From NCBI GenBank assembly GCA_963767125.1, contig CAVYDB010000049.1:125171-189170 (forward strand): 64,000 bases of DNA. Direction: 5' to 3'. Below the pieces are notes generated by a model, which saw only the letters and a list, made by a program, of their open reading frames with translations, did not search any database and was not told the origin of the DNA. Positions 10,501 through 20,100 of this stretch are shown one piece after another (the first letter of the stretch is position 1; every line of letters begins with the position of its first letter). This stretch comes from an uncultured Bacteroidota bacterium (lineage in GTDB: Bacteria; Bacteroidota; Bacteroidia; JABEUT01). A program made the position numbers and the translations under genes.

Positions 10501-13500
10501 GCTTAAATTAGCTCCCTGGGTAGATGAAGCATCGTTCCATTGATAGATGAAGCTTCCGCCGCCGCCGCTCGCGCTTGCTGTAGCGCTTCCGTTAGCTCCG
10601 TTACATGAAGCATCGGTTTCAGATACACTCAAGCTGATGCCGGAAGGTTGGCTGATAGTAGTAGAAGTAGTAGCTGTACAACTATTAGCATCGGTAACAG
10701 TTACCGTATAGGTTCCTGCCGGAGCGCTTAAATTAGCTCCCTGGGTAGATGAAGCATCGTTCCATTGATAGATGAAGCTTCCGCCGCCGCCACTCGCGCT
10801 TGCTGTAGCGCTACCGTTAGCTCCGTTACATGAAGCATCGGTTTCGCTTACACCCAAGCTGATGGGATTAGGCTGGATTACGCTTACACTAATGGAAGCT
10901 GAACAGTTATTAACATCGGTAACCAGTATTGTATATGTTCCGGCGCTTAAAACGGCTCCGCTGGAACTGAAAGCGGCTACCATAGTTGTTCCATTTGACC
11001 AGGAATAAGTATAAGGGGAAGCGCCTCCGCTGGAATTTAAGATTACGTTACTATTGCCTCCGTTACATGAAGGATAGATTTGGGGTGTACTTATGCTGAT
11101 AGCGGAAAGTTGGCTGATGGTAGTGGAAGCAGTAGTCTTACACTTGTTTGCATCGGTAACGGTTACTGTGTAGGTATTAGCTGCAAGGTTGCCGATAGTT
11201 GGAGCATTGGGATAGCTATTAGCGCTACCATCTGACCAGGAATAGCTATAAGGAACCAAGCCCCCTGAAATACTTACCGTTGCGCTTCCTGTATTGCTGC
11301 ATCCCGAAGAAGCTGCAGTGGTAACACCAGCAATGCTTAATACCGTATAATTCTCACTTGCTGTGGCTGTAAGCCCGTTACCATCGGTTACAGTAACTGA
11401 GTAGGTGCCGGAAGTGGTTATTCCTACTGAAGAAGATGTTGAGGAAGGAACCCAAACATAGGAAATGGGTTGGTCGCCTCCTGTAGTTACCGCCTCCAAT
11501 GAACATGCAGTTGTACCGGGAGCAATTGTTACCGCAAGCACTGCATTGGTCATGCCGGTTACATCTCCTGATGAAAATGAACTTACTCCGGCGCTTAATG
11601 AAGTTCCACTCAAACCGCTGCCATATTTGGTCCAGGGTCCTGAAGGAAGGGTATATATTCCTGTTGCAATACTTGATTCAGGACTGTTTGCAACATCTGC
11701 TGCAAGAAAGTTTCCGGTTATGGTTCCGCTGAATGGGCTTGACCCCGTTACCTTCCAGTAACGATTCAAATAGTAGGTGGAACTGTTATTATGGGGTTCT
11801 TTGCTGTGAACATCAAGAACGCTTATGGTTGCTCCATTAGTGCCGCTTGTTGCAGCAAGACTTACAGGAGTATAGTCGCCGCTTGTAAGAGCGCCGACCG
11901 GAAATGTGTATGTTGCTGTACCCGCATAGGTTTCTAAAAGTGCCCCCGTGCCGTTGGTTGCAATATAACTGCTGCTACCGCCGCCTGAAACGATTGCTCC
12001 CGAACCGAGGGTTAGATTATAACTTCCAAGAGTTAAGATAGCAGATAAGCCAAGCTGATTTGCAACTGTTTCCGAATTTAAAAGCGATGTACTGCCGTTT
12101 ACATTTAACTTATTAAACGTTGTGATTGTACTACCCCCTATGGTTTTACCGGAGCCGGTAAGAGTCACTGTACCGTTGTTATTCGTAAATGTGCCGCTAT
12201 TACTGAAATTGCCTGGCAGGCTTAAGGTATTAGTGGTGGAAACAAATGATGTGCCCGTACCGATGGTCAAAGAATTTAACTGCACTGCCTGGCTGCCCAA
12301 ACTCAAGATGCCTTCTAATGAGGTGGTTAAACTGTGCACATTGTCATTAATTACTCCTCCTTCGGTAAGTGTTGTGACTAATCCATTAAGGGTTATAGTT
12401 GGGCTGGCAGTCAGGGTAATAGCTCCGGTACCCATATTCAGGGACTTAGTGCCTCCATAGGTAAAGCTTCCACTCCAGGTTTGGGTGTTATTATTGGTGA
12501 GGGTTATAGAGCCTGATGAGGTGTTATCGATGGTTGTATTTGCATCAATGATAATGGCCCCCGTTCCTAATGCGGTAGGGCTGTTAATGTAAATTGTACC
12601 GCTCTGAATGGTGGTTCCTCCTGAATAGGTATTATTTCCGGAAAGAACAAGCCCCGGTCCTCCTACGTGTAGCGCTTCAGAGCCGCTTATATTACAGCTA
12701 ATTGTATTACCCTCTGCAGAAATGGTTATAGGGTTACCGGTAAATAAACCCAATTGCAAAGTTGTTGGAGTTGTAATAAGTGTAGTATTACTTATATTAG
12801 ATTGAATCATTCCATTATCAGAAATAATAAGCTTACCGGCCTGCTGTACCTGTGAGGGGGCATTGCTGAAAATTAAGGAATTAACAGTAACGGTAGCAGC
12901 AAAGCCTTCATTGTCCAATTGCAAATTGCCACCCTTAAGGTTAAGGGTGCTAATAGTTCCACTCATATTTACGCTGGGTGAAAAATTTCCCGAAGCATTC
13001 ACAGTAAAAATACTAGCACTAGAAAAAGGTGCGCCTGGCTCCATCGTTCCACTTGTAACGTTGATGGTTTGTACACTTCCAACAATGCCATTACCTTCCA
13101 CAACAGAGGTTCCGCTACTGTTAATTGTTCCAATATTTTGGAGATTACATTGAACAAGGTCAAGCGTTGTTCCCCCGGTATTATTATAGGTTGTAATTTG
13201 GGAAATAGCCCCCCCGCTAAAGGTGGCAACCCCGCCGCCTGAGGTAGTAAGGGTTGTAATGGTGCCGCTGATATTATAATTGAGGCAGGTGAGTGTGCAG
13301 CCCCCTGATAATGTTAGCGCTTTAATGGCAGATGTTATGAGTGCACCAAGGGTAAGGCTACCGCCGTTACTTAGGGTCAAGGTTCCGGTAACACCAAAGT
13401 TACCTGTTGTGGTAACGGTATTGGTATTGTTTATAGTAAGATTACTAAAAGATGTAAAATAACCGGGCAGTGCACCTGTGGCAGTTAAAGTTATAGTACC

Positions 13501-13935
13501 GCCGGCTGCATAGGAGGTTCCCGCGTTAGTTGAGGTGAATTCAGTCGTGCTTAAACTACCTCCCGAACTCATTTCAACATCTCCCTTGCTGCCACCGCTT
13601 GCCCCTAATACAATACCACTTGCTCCTGAAACAGTAAGTATATCAGAACTGGCGGCAAATGTAAGTACAGCATCTCCGGCGGTTGCATCCCCAAGAATTA
13701 ATTCGCCGCAAGTTGCCGTTGTAGAATTCACGGAGAGCGTTACACCTCCGCCTACCGTAATTGTATATGAACTTGTTGGGCTGGCTGTAAAACTGCTCCA
13801 ATTAAATGTTCCTGTTCCCGTGAGTGTAATGGTATTTGTTCCATCGGTTTCAGTGACCTGGGCTATAGAAACCGAAGCAAAGAGGAGGAGGAGCGAGCAA
13901 AATAATGTTGCAACTCGTGTAATTTTTTTGTTCAT
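4549..13935 (-). CDS. Giant (3128 aa) T9SS-secreted cell-surface protein. Architecture is signal peptide, PATR-type beta-helix repeats, about 25 SprB-type Cys repeats, a GloVer-type beta-propeller region, about 7 more SprB repeats and a type-A T9SS C-terminal sorting domain.
   Basis: One ORF runs from a signal peptide (MNKKITRVATLFCSLLLLFASVSIAQ) to the stop. The repeated unit motif is C.G..NG.A...GG.SPYTYSW.NG...T.LSAGTYTVTVTD.NGC. The C-terminus is ...LYPNPNTGQFTIAG...NGVYLIRILDKEGNLVSQKKVIKTE (Por_Secre_tail/TIGR04183-like). Confidence 0.9.
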   Translation of the reverse strand: MNKKITRVATLFCSLLLLFASVSIAQVTETDGTNTITLTGTGTFNWSSFTASPTSSYTITVGGGVTLSVNSTTATCGELILGDATAGDAVLTFAASSDILTVSGASGIVLGASGGSKGDVEMSSGGSLSTTEFTSTNAGTSYAAGGTITLTATGALPGYFTSFSNLTINNTNTVTTTGNFGVTGTLTLSNGGSLTLGALITSAIKALTLSGGCTLTCLNYNISGTITTLTTSGGGVATFSGGAISQITTYNNTGGTTLDLVQCNLQNIGTINSSGTSVVEGNGIVGSVQTINVTSGTMEPGAPFSSASIFTVNASGNFSPSVNMSGTISTLNLKGGNLQLDNEGFAATVTVNSLIFSNAPSQVQQAGKLIISDNGMIQSNISNTTLITTPTTLQLGLFTGNPITISAEGNTISCNISGSEALHVGGPGLVLSGNNTYSGGTTIQSGTIYINSPTALGTGAIIIDANTTIDNTSSGSITLTNNNTQTWSGSFTYGGTKSLNMGTGAITLTASPTITLNGLVTTLTEGGVINDNVHSLTTSLEGILSLGSQAVQLNSLTIGTGTSFVSTTNTLSLPGNFSNSGTFTNNNGTVTLTGSGKTIGGSTITTFNKLNVNGSTSLLNSETVANQLGLSAILTLGSYNLTLGSGAIVSGGGSSSYIATNGTGALLETYAGTATYTFPVGALTSGDYTPVSLAATSGTNGATISVLDVHSKEPHNNSSTYYLNRYWKVTGSSPFSGTITGNFLAADVANSPESSIATGIYTLPSGPWTKYGSGLSGTSLSAGVSSFSSGDVTGMTNAVLAVTIAPGTTACSLEAVTTGGDQPISYVWVPSSTSSSVGITTSGTYSVTVTDGNGLTATASENYTVLSIAGVTTAASSGCSNTGSATVSISGGLVPYSYSWSDGSANSYPNAPTIGNLAANTYTVTVTDANKCKTTASTTISQLSAISISTPQIYPSCNGGNSNVILNSSGGASPYTYSWSNGTTMVAAFSSSGAVLSAGTYTILVTDVNNCSASISVSVIQPNPISLGVSETDASCNGANGSATASASGGGGSFIYQWNDASSTQGANLSAPAGTYTVTVTDANSCTATTSTTISQPSGISLSVSETDASCNGANGSATASASGGGGSFIYQWNDASSTQGANLSAPAGTYTVTVTDANSCTATASTTISQPSPVTASATVIQNATACANNGSATATAGGGNGGYTYLWNDGASQTNTTANNLAGGTYTVTVTDVNGCTATTSVTITQPSIVTASATIIQNATACANNGSAMVTAGGGNSPYTYSWNDNSGQATATSSNLAAGNYTVTISDNNGCSATASVTITQPSPITATAIVSGYPTPCYDSGYVSVLVNGGISPYTYSWNDLASQTTQQANNIKPGNYTVTVTDSSGCTATSSVSVSQPATFSITVTSQPAPCYGYNGIAEVTLNGAVPPYEVSWTGPGGYNHHTVYATANFSDQISEPAGTYTVTGIGPTCTRVTYTVAINQPASSVTANAAVTQNAIACANNGQATVTAGGGTSPYTYSWNDNSSQTTQTASNLGAGTYSVTVTDNNGCTAISSAIITQPSAITATISANQNATACSNNGSATVTAGGGESPYTYSWNDNSNQATAMAGNLAGGNYTVTVTDANGCYATASVTITQAQALTATMGTPVNSSSCGNVGSAMVIAGGGNSPYTYSWNDNPSQATATASNLAAGNYTVTVTDNNGCGATASVTISQSPALTATMGTPVNSSPCFNTGSATVIAGGGISPYTYSWNANSSQATASNLSAGNYTVTVTDNNGCTATAGADINLLPLPTISFTSQPALCNGGNGTATGNIVGGFPPYLVEWSLPGGGFVRAVSSTPNYTTTINKPAGTYTLSVTGCDISDTVSIHQPVPISASLSFSNVTCNGANNGIASIIATGGRSPYTYQWVPDNQTTASATGLSAGSYAAIVFDSCGGSVRLDFFTITQPDAVSLTASVIANLNCNNVSTGSASATATGGNSPYTYSWSGGGGNSSTASNLSAGTFTITATDANGCSATSTVTITEPTALTASVAQNGAITCNGGTTTVTVSGNGGTSPYGETGTFTVAAGTYSYTVTDANGCTAIGSITITQPSPLTAGQQEIVGLTYGGGINGNGTIFSYNIDSANERTLKSFTSGTDGSESYDRFILDPNNGSYYAMNSVGGTQNGGTIVKFNPVTSAETIVWNFGSGADGTNPQGNLIYYAPTGLFYGMTANGANGNGPGIIFSFSPITNTESVLWTLGTGTDGANPYGSLVLDPINNIFYGVTDNGGSNGYGTIISFNPSAGSESVVYSFGNLPDGQNPYGSIVFNSSDGNFYGLTSRGGAYTGWNGSAGTIFKFNPVANTESVQWNFGNGTDAMQPTGDLVYNPANNFYYGMATFGGTNGQGAIFSFDPTANAESVAWSFDGAPGDGANPFGDLTYNSTDGLFYGVTPYSGQYNNEGILFNFNPSTNSESVLWNFGNGSDGGYSFGTGGVTIINVPGQGANALQNVSCNGGNNGNAQAYFTGGSGNYRYSWSNGTSSVVSTSNPTGNVLSAGSYTVTVTDVNGCNATASVTITQPLSVGITISSVTNGNCSASTGSATANAATGGISPYTYSWSSGRGTNLTATNLSGGSYTITVTDNHGCNASASVTITQSTSGMGVSIASVTNISCHGSANGSAAAVGSGGTLPYTYSWNNGRTTASATGLSAGTYSVTIKSAGGCSGTASVTITQPATALTIITTEVNVSACSTNNGSAMVTADGGTSPYTYSWTGARTTASVTGLSAGTYTITLKDKNGCNATASVTVGKAASLSATASVTGVSCHGGGNGAATVTISGGSSPYTYRWGSNCGSKTTATVTGLSAGTYTVIATDNRGCTVTSSAIITQPAIALSASTCGITNLTCNGGDNGIALGMSSGGTSPYTYHWNNGKTTATATGLSAGTYTLTVTDHNGCTASVSAAITQPTAITISHTQVNVTTNGGTNGSATASASGGVSPYGYKWSSNCGSKTTATVTGLSAGTYTVTVTDAHKCTAMAAITITQPAKTKSPETNGEDSGSVSQCCPDRNVNLYPNPNTGQFTIAGIMKGMIIEVYDYTGRKICFVNANEETTWLNISTQPNGVYLIRILDKEGNLVSQKKVIKTE

Positions 13936-13972
13936 GGTTGTTTGAGTTTTAATAATTACTTTTTAAAAATAA

Positions 13973-14090
13973 TGCGCCAAAAGTAACCGTGCATTATTTT
14001 TCTTGGCAAATAATGTTACAGAAGCACTTGAAAGTGTTACGAACGGTATGAAACCCGTTATCTGGTAAAGTAAAAACGTGCGTGAAGGGC
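13973..14090 (-). promoter_or_regulatory. Conserved palindromic upstream element (copy A) immediately 5' of giant gene 1
   Basis: It is about 90% identical to 20811-20925. It contains the inverted repeat GTAAC-CGTG-CATTATTT-N8-AAATAATG-TTAC and a second inverted repeat AACGG-N8-CCGTT. Confidence 0.45.
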
Positions 14091-14100
14091 TTTATTATAA

Positions 14101-14140
14101 CTAAAAAGGAGGGTATTGCACCCTCCTTTTTAGTTATTTA
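14101..14140. terminator. Rho-independent terminator (AAAAAGGAGGGT-ATTGCA-CCCTCCTTTTT) 3' of giant gene 2
   Basis: A perfect 12-bp stem is flanked by A/T runs between the stop of gene 2 (14152) and upstream element A. Confidence 0.6.
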
Positions 14141-14151
14141 TGAATACGATT

Positions 14152-17100
14152 TTACTGCACTTTCACTACCTTCTTTTGGCTAACCAAATTTCCGTCTTTA
14201 TCTAACATTCTAATGAAATAAACTCCGTTTGGCTGGTCTGCTATATTTAGTTGCATAGTTATATCATTGGCAGCAATTAAACTAACTTTTCTACCGGTGT
14301 AATCATATACTTCTATCAGCATTCCCTTAGCCAATCCCGATATGGTGAACTGACCACTGTTGGGGTTGGGATAAAGAATAACATCTGCAGTCGGGCAGCA
14401 TTGACTTTCGCTTCCGGCTCCATCAAATGCTTTTTTGCCGGGTTCCGATTTTCCTAAAACTCCCGGAGTAGAAGGTTGTGTTATTACGAAAGTAAGATTG
14501 TTATAACACCCGTTGGCATCTTTTACCTGAACGGTATAACTTCGTGCTGTAAGCCCTGTTCCGGTGGCTGTGCTGCTTACATTCGGAGTCCAGCTATAAC
14601 GATACGGGGATGTTCCCCCTGTCACTCCTATGGTAGCACTGCCAGTTCCTCCATGACTTATAGGATAGGTTATACTTGCTATACTATCTTCCAACATAAC
14701 GGGCTGTGAAATGGTGACTGATGAAGAACTTGTGCAGCCATTTTTATCGGTTACTGTGATGGAATAGGTTCCGGCAGAAAGGCCACTGGCTATATATGTA
14801 CTGCTGCTATTCGGGCTCCAGCTATAGGTATATGGTGTTGCCCCTCCCGTTACAGCTACTTTTGCCAATCCGTTCGCTTCACCGGCGCAGCTTACATTAT
14901 TTGCTATAACGCCAAGGGCTGTTAGTGCATTAGGCTGGGTGATATTAAAAACGACATTACTATAGCATCCCCCGGCATCTTTCACCTGCACGGTATAGCT
15001 GCGGGCTATAAGTCCTGTAGCAGTAGCTGTGCTGCTAACATTAGGGGTCCAGGTATAGCGATAAGGTGAAACTCCTCCCTTTACACCTATGGTAGCGCTG
15101 CCGGTTGAGCTACAGGTAGGAATAATAATAGTTGCCACACTATCCCGTATTGCTGTTGGTTGGCTAAGTGTTACTGTTGAATTAATACTACAACCGTTCT
15201 TATCAGTAATAGTAATAGAATAGGTTCCGGCAGAAAGACCGCTGGCTGAATATGTACTGCTGCTGTTGGGGTTCCAGCTATAAGTGTAGGGTGAAGTACC
15301 GCCTGTTACAGTTACTTTAGCAACTCCGTTTGCGCCCCCCACACAGCTTATAGTTCCGGTTGCAACGGCAGTGGCAGTTAGCGCTGAAGGCTGGCCTATA
15401 CCTACCCACGCGGTAGCCGAGCAATCGTTATTATCATATACTGTTACAGTATATGTCCCGGCACTCAGCCCGGTGGCAGAAGATGATGTTGAACCATTGG
15501 TCCAGCTATAGGTATAGGGCACACTGCCCCCGCTTACTGCCGCATTGATACTTCCATTATTATCTCCGTGGCATGCAATTTTGTCAACTACCGGAAATGT
15601 AACACTTAAAGCAATTGATTGGGTGATGGTTATGGCAGAGCTTACAGAGCAGCCATTAGCATCCTGAATAGTTACGGTATAAGTCCCGGCGCTCAACCCT
15701 GTTGCACCTGCCGAGGTGGACACCGTTGAACTTCCGTTTGACCAGCTATAGGTATAGGGGCTTGTACCACCTATGCTTCCCGAATATGCAATGGTGACGT
15801 ACCCGTTACTGCCATTAGTAGCTAAAGGACTGCCTATTAATGTTCCCTTGAGGTAAGAACCGCCACCCCCGGCGCCGCTGCCGCCGGCATCACTGCCGCC
15901 GCCGCCGCCATTATAGCCGCCACCGCCGCCGCCGCCGTTTTGTCCGCCGCCGCCGCCGCCGCCATAGCCACCCGAATTATAGTCTGATGTATTTTGAGTA
16001 ACCGCACCACCGGAGAAATTATCGTAGGGTGAACCGCCGTAAGAATTATAGGAAACACCCATACCGTTTCCTCCTGAACTTACCCAGCCGGCTCCGCCAC
16101 CACCGCCTGCAGCCGTACCGCTGGCCGGACCGGCGCCTCCTCCATTTCCTCCTGTTCCCCCCGTACCATCGCCACCGCCATTCGTAGTTGTACCTATTAT
16201 ATCGGTGCCTCCGTTTGAACCCGTACTGTTTCCAAAACCGGCTCCTCCTCCGCCACCTGCTACTGCATATAAAAATCCTGAACCAAAAGCCGCCGACACT
16301 CCCCCACTTGCCACTACACCGGAGTCATATACAAAACTGGCTCCGCCGCCGCCGCCGCCCTGTTGAAAATTGCTACCTCCGCCGGCTCCGCCGGAAACGA
16401 TGGATAACACATCTCCCGGTACTAACGAAATGATGCCCTGTAGTACGGTTCCTTCTCCCGCAGCAACAGGGACAGCCGATTCTCCAATAGTACCCCCTCC
16501 GATAGCCCCTCCCACTGTTACGGTTGCACTGGTAACTCCTTGGGGTACAGTCCAGTTTTGAACAACTCCTTCGTAAGGAAATGTCAAGTTCCCCGAATTA
16601 CCGGAACTTAAGGTGACACTCCCATTATTGTTTCCATGGCAACTTACATTCATAACGGAAGCAAAGTCTATGAAAAGGGCAGACGGTGCAGCAATATAAG
16701 TTACACTGGTAGTTGAACATCCGTTTGCATCGGTAACAGTAAGGCTGTATGAACCTGCCGAAAGACCCGAAACAGATGAAGCGCTGTTTCCATTATACCA
16801 ACTATAGGTATAAGGGTTTGTGCCCCCGCTAACTGTTGCACTTAGATTTGCGCCACTGCCTCCATTGCAGGATATATTCCCCGTTTCCGCTAACAAAACA
16901 GATAAGGCATTGGGCTGTGTTATAGTAGCAGAAGCTGTGGCTGAACATCCTTTATTATCCGTCAATGTAAGGGTATAGGTTCCGGCGCTTAATCCCGTAG
17001 CGCCTGCCGAAGCCGACACCGTTGAAGTTCCGTTTGTCCAGCTATAGGTATAAGGGCTTGTACCCCCTAAACTTCCCGAATAAGTAATTGTAACGTACCC

Positions 17101-20100
17101 GTTACTGCCATTGGTGGCTGCAGGACTGCCAAGTAATGTTCCGTTCAGGTAAGAGCCGCCGCCGCCGGCTCCGCTGCCACCTGCATCGCTGCCGCCGCCG
17201 CCGCCATTATAACCGCCGCCGCCGCCGCCGCCATTGTAGCCGCCGCCGCCGCCGCCGCCATAGCCACCCGAATTATAATCAGAAGTATTTTGAGTAACTG
17301 CACCACCGGAGAAATTATCGTATGGTGAGCCGCCGTAAGAATCATGGGAACCACCTACGCCACTTCCTCCCGGGCTTATCCATCCGGCTCCTCCGCCGCC
17401 GCCGGCAGATGTGCCTGTGGCTGCACCGGCGCCTCCTCCGTTACCACCTGTTCCACCCGCGCCATCGCCTCCTTCATTGGTGGTTGTGCCTATAATATCT
17501 GTACCTCCGGCTGAACCGGCACTGTTTGCAAAACCGGCTCCGCCGCCGCCGCCCGCTATGGCATATACATATCCTGCACTAAAGGCAGATGAAGCTCCCA
17601 CGGAAGCTACCAGAGCAGAGTCATACACAAAACTGGCTCCGCCGCCACCGCCGCCCTGTTGGTGATTGCTACCTCCTCCTTCCTCTCCGGAAACGATGGA
17701 TAGTACATCTCCCGGTATTAAGGTTGTAATACCCTGTAACACGGTTCCCTCTCCGGCAGCAACCGGGACAGCCGATTCCCCGATAGTGCCTCCCCCGGTT
17801 GCTCCGGCTGCAGTTATGGTTGCCGATGTTACCCCGGCAGGCACTGCCCAGTTTTGAACCGCACCTTGGTAGGAAAAGTTAACAGTTCCCGAATTACCAG
17901 CACTTAAAGCTATACTCCCTGTGCTGCTTCCACTGCAAAGTACATTGGTAACCGAGGCAATGCTGATGAAAAGCGCCGGAGGCGACGCAATTATTGTTCT
18001 CCCGGTGGCGGTACATCCGTTTGCATCGGTAACAGTAAGGCTGTATGAACCTGCCGAAAGACCGGAAACAGAAGAAGAGCTGTTTCCATTATACCAACGG
18101 TAGGTGTAGGGGCTTGTGCCTCCGCTTACCGTTGCACTTATTTTTGCGCCACTGCCTCCGCTGCAGGATATACTCCCTGTTTCAGCTAACGAAACAGACA
18201 ATGCAGAGGGCTGTGTAATTGTTGCTCCAGCCCTTGCAGTGCAACCATGATTATCGGTAACCGTAACAGTATATGTTCCGGCAGAAATGGTTGCCGTAGG
18301 GTCGGCGCCCCCGCCTCCGCTCCATGAATAGGTATAAGGTAGAGTCCCGCCGACGGGATTGGCAATTGCTGTTCCCGTTTGTCCGTAACAACTTGCATTG
18401 TTTGCAATAAGTGCGATTGCTCCGAAGGGGTTCGGTTGTGTTATCGTAATGGAACCCGTAGCTGAACAGCCGCTATTATCGGTAACCGTTACCGTATAGG
18501 TGCCTGCGGTTAGGGAAGTTATGGGGTCTGTATAGATAGTGGCATTCGTTGAACCATTAGTCCATCTATAAGTATAGGGCGCTGTCCCGTTGGAGGCTCC
18601 TGCGGTTGCTGATGCATCACTTTGTCCGTCACAGCCCGAGTTGATTTCAGAAGGCGACACAATTAAATTACAGGGAGATGCATACGCGGTCATATCGCCA
18701 AAGGAGTTTACGGTTGCGTTCACCCGGTGATTTACCGCATCTACAGAGCTGTAAGAAGCCCATGAGGAACCGTTCCATAAATAATTGTTCATTGCACTTT
18801 CAGTACCTGTTACATCACTCGCGAGGTAAGTACCCTGTAAGGTAGCGCTGAAGGAACCCAAGCCGCTCTGCGAAACAGTCCAATAGCGCTTAAGGTAACT
18901 GCTTGTGGCCGGGTTGTGAGAGTCTTCCGTATTATTAACGAGCACTCCTGCCGTTGCAGGAAAAGTTCCGGATGTAATATTGATGCTAATGGGGGAAAAG
19001 TCGGCGGCAGAAGCATTGTCGCCCACCGGGTAGGAAAAGGTTCCGGCAGAAGCGTATGAATAATCAAGCGCTCCGCTCCCGTTAGTTACAATGTATTTTC
19101 CGCTCCCGGCGCCTGTTATTGTAGCGCCTGCGGAAAGAGAAAGATTATAGCTGCCCAGGCTTAGCAAGCCGCTCTTAAAGGCAAGAGAATTGGAAACCGA
19201 TTCAGCTGCGCTTAAAGAAACTCCGCCGGAAGTATTACTGATGCTTAACTTATTAAAAGTAGCGCTTGCAGAACCGCCAATGCTTTGAGCGGAACCTCCA
19301 TTGAATTGAACAGTCCCATTATTATTTTGAAATGTCCCGTTATCCCTGAAATTACCTGCGAGTTTCAGGCTGTCGGAGGTAGAAGTAAAGTTCACGCCAC
19401 TTCCTATTGTAAGCGAGTCCAATTGAGCCACCTGGCTGGCTAAACTAAAATTACCGCCGGAAGAGAATGCCATTCCATAAGTAGTATTATTGATAGAACC
19501 TCCAATGGTTAGCGTTCCATTCCCTGCTCCGGTTAGAGTGGGGCTCCCGGTTAAAGTTACAGTGCCGGTGCCTAAATTTAAACTATTAGTTCCATGCCAA
19601 TGTTCGGTACCACCGGTTAGCAATATAGGATTGTTATTGCTTAAGGTTATTGAATTTCCGCTCGTGTTATCTATAATAGCTCCATTATTTAATTGCAATG
19701 TACCGGTTCCTATTGCCGTGGGTGAATTAATATTAAGATAAGATGTTGAATTGCCGAGGATGGTTCCGCCGGAATAAGTATTTGCTCCTGCAAGAGTAAT
19801 AGTGCCATACATAGTAAACCCCTCAGTACCTTTTATAATAGCAGGAATAGCAACAGTATAACTTGTATTGCCAGAAAAGCTTATATTACTGCCTGTGCCG
19901 GTACCTAACTGAAGAAATTGGTTTGCTACTCCTGAAAAAGCAACAATGTTTCCGCTAAGCCAGAACTCTGCTCCGTCGGATAGTAATAATGTACCGGCAC
20001 CAGTGATTTCACCAGTTGACCCGGAACCATATTGCAGCTCAATCTGCACCGTCATGGTATTGTTATTTAAATTTACATTTCCCGAAGAATTAATAATTAT

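Noticed and set aside
10430-10890. Possible CRISPR-like array, given the regular direct repeats
   Set aside because: The repeats are 225-bp coding units of SprB repeats within an intact ORF. There is no short-repeat/unique-spacer structure and no cas genes.
15837-17354. Ala-rich ORFs (15837..16058, 17145..17354 on -) and Pro-rich ORFs (16188..16561, 17411..17857 on +) inside giant gene 2. Similar ORFs (45880..46329) sit inside giant gene 3.
   Set aside because: These are alternative-frame and antisense readings of the GGN-repeat DNA that encodes the poly-glycine modules (GCC/GGC repeats read as Ala/Pro). They are low-complexity, have no start context and are wholly nested in the real ORFs.
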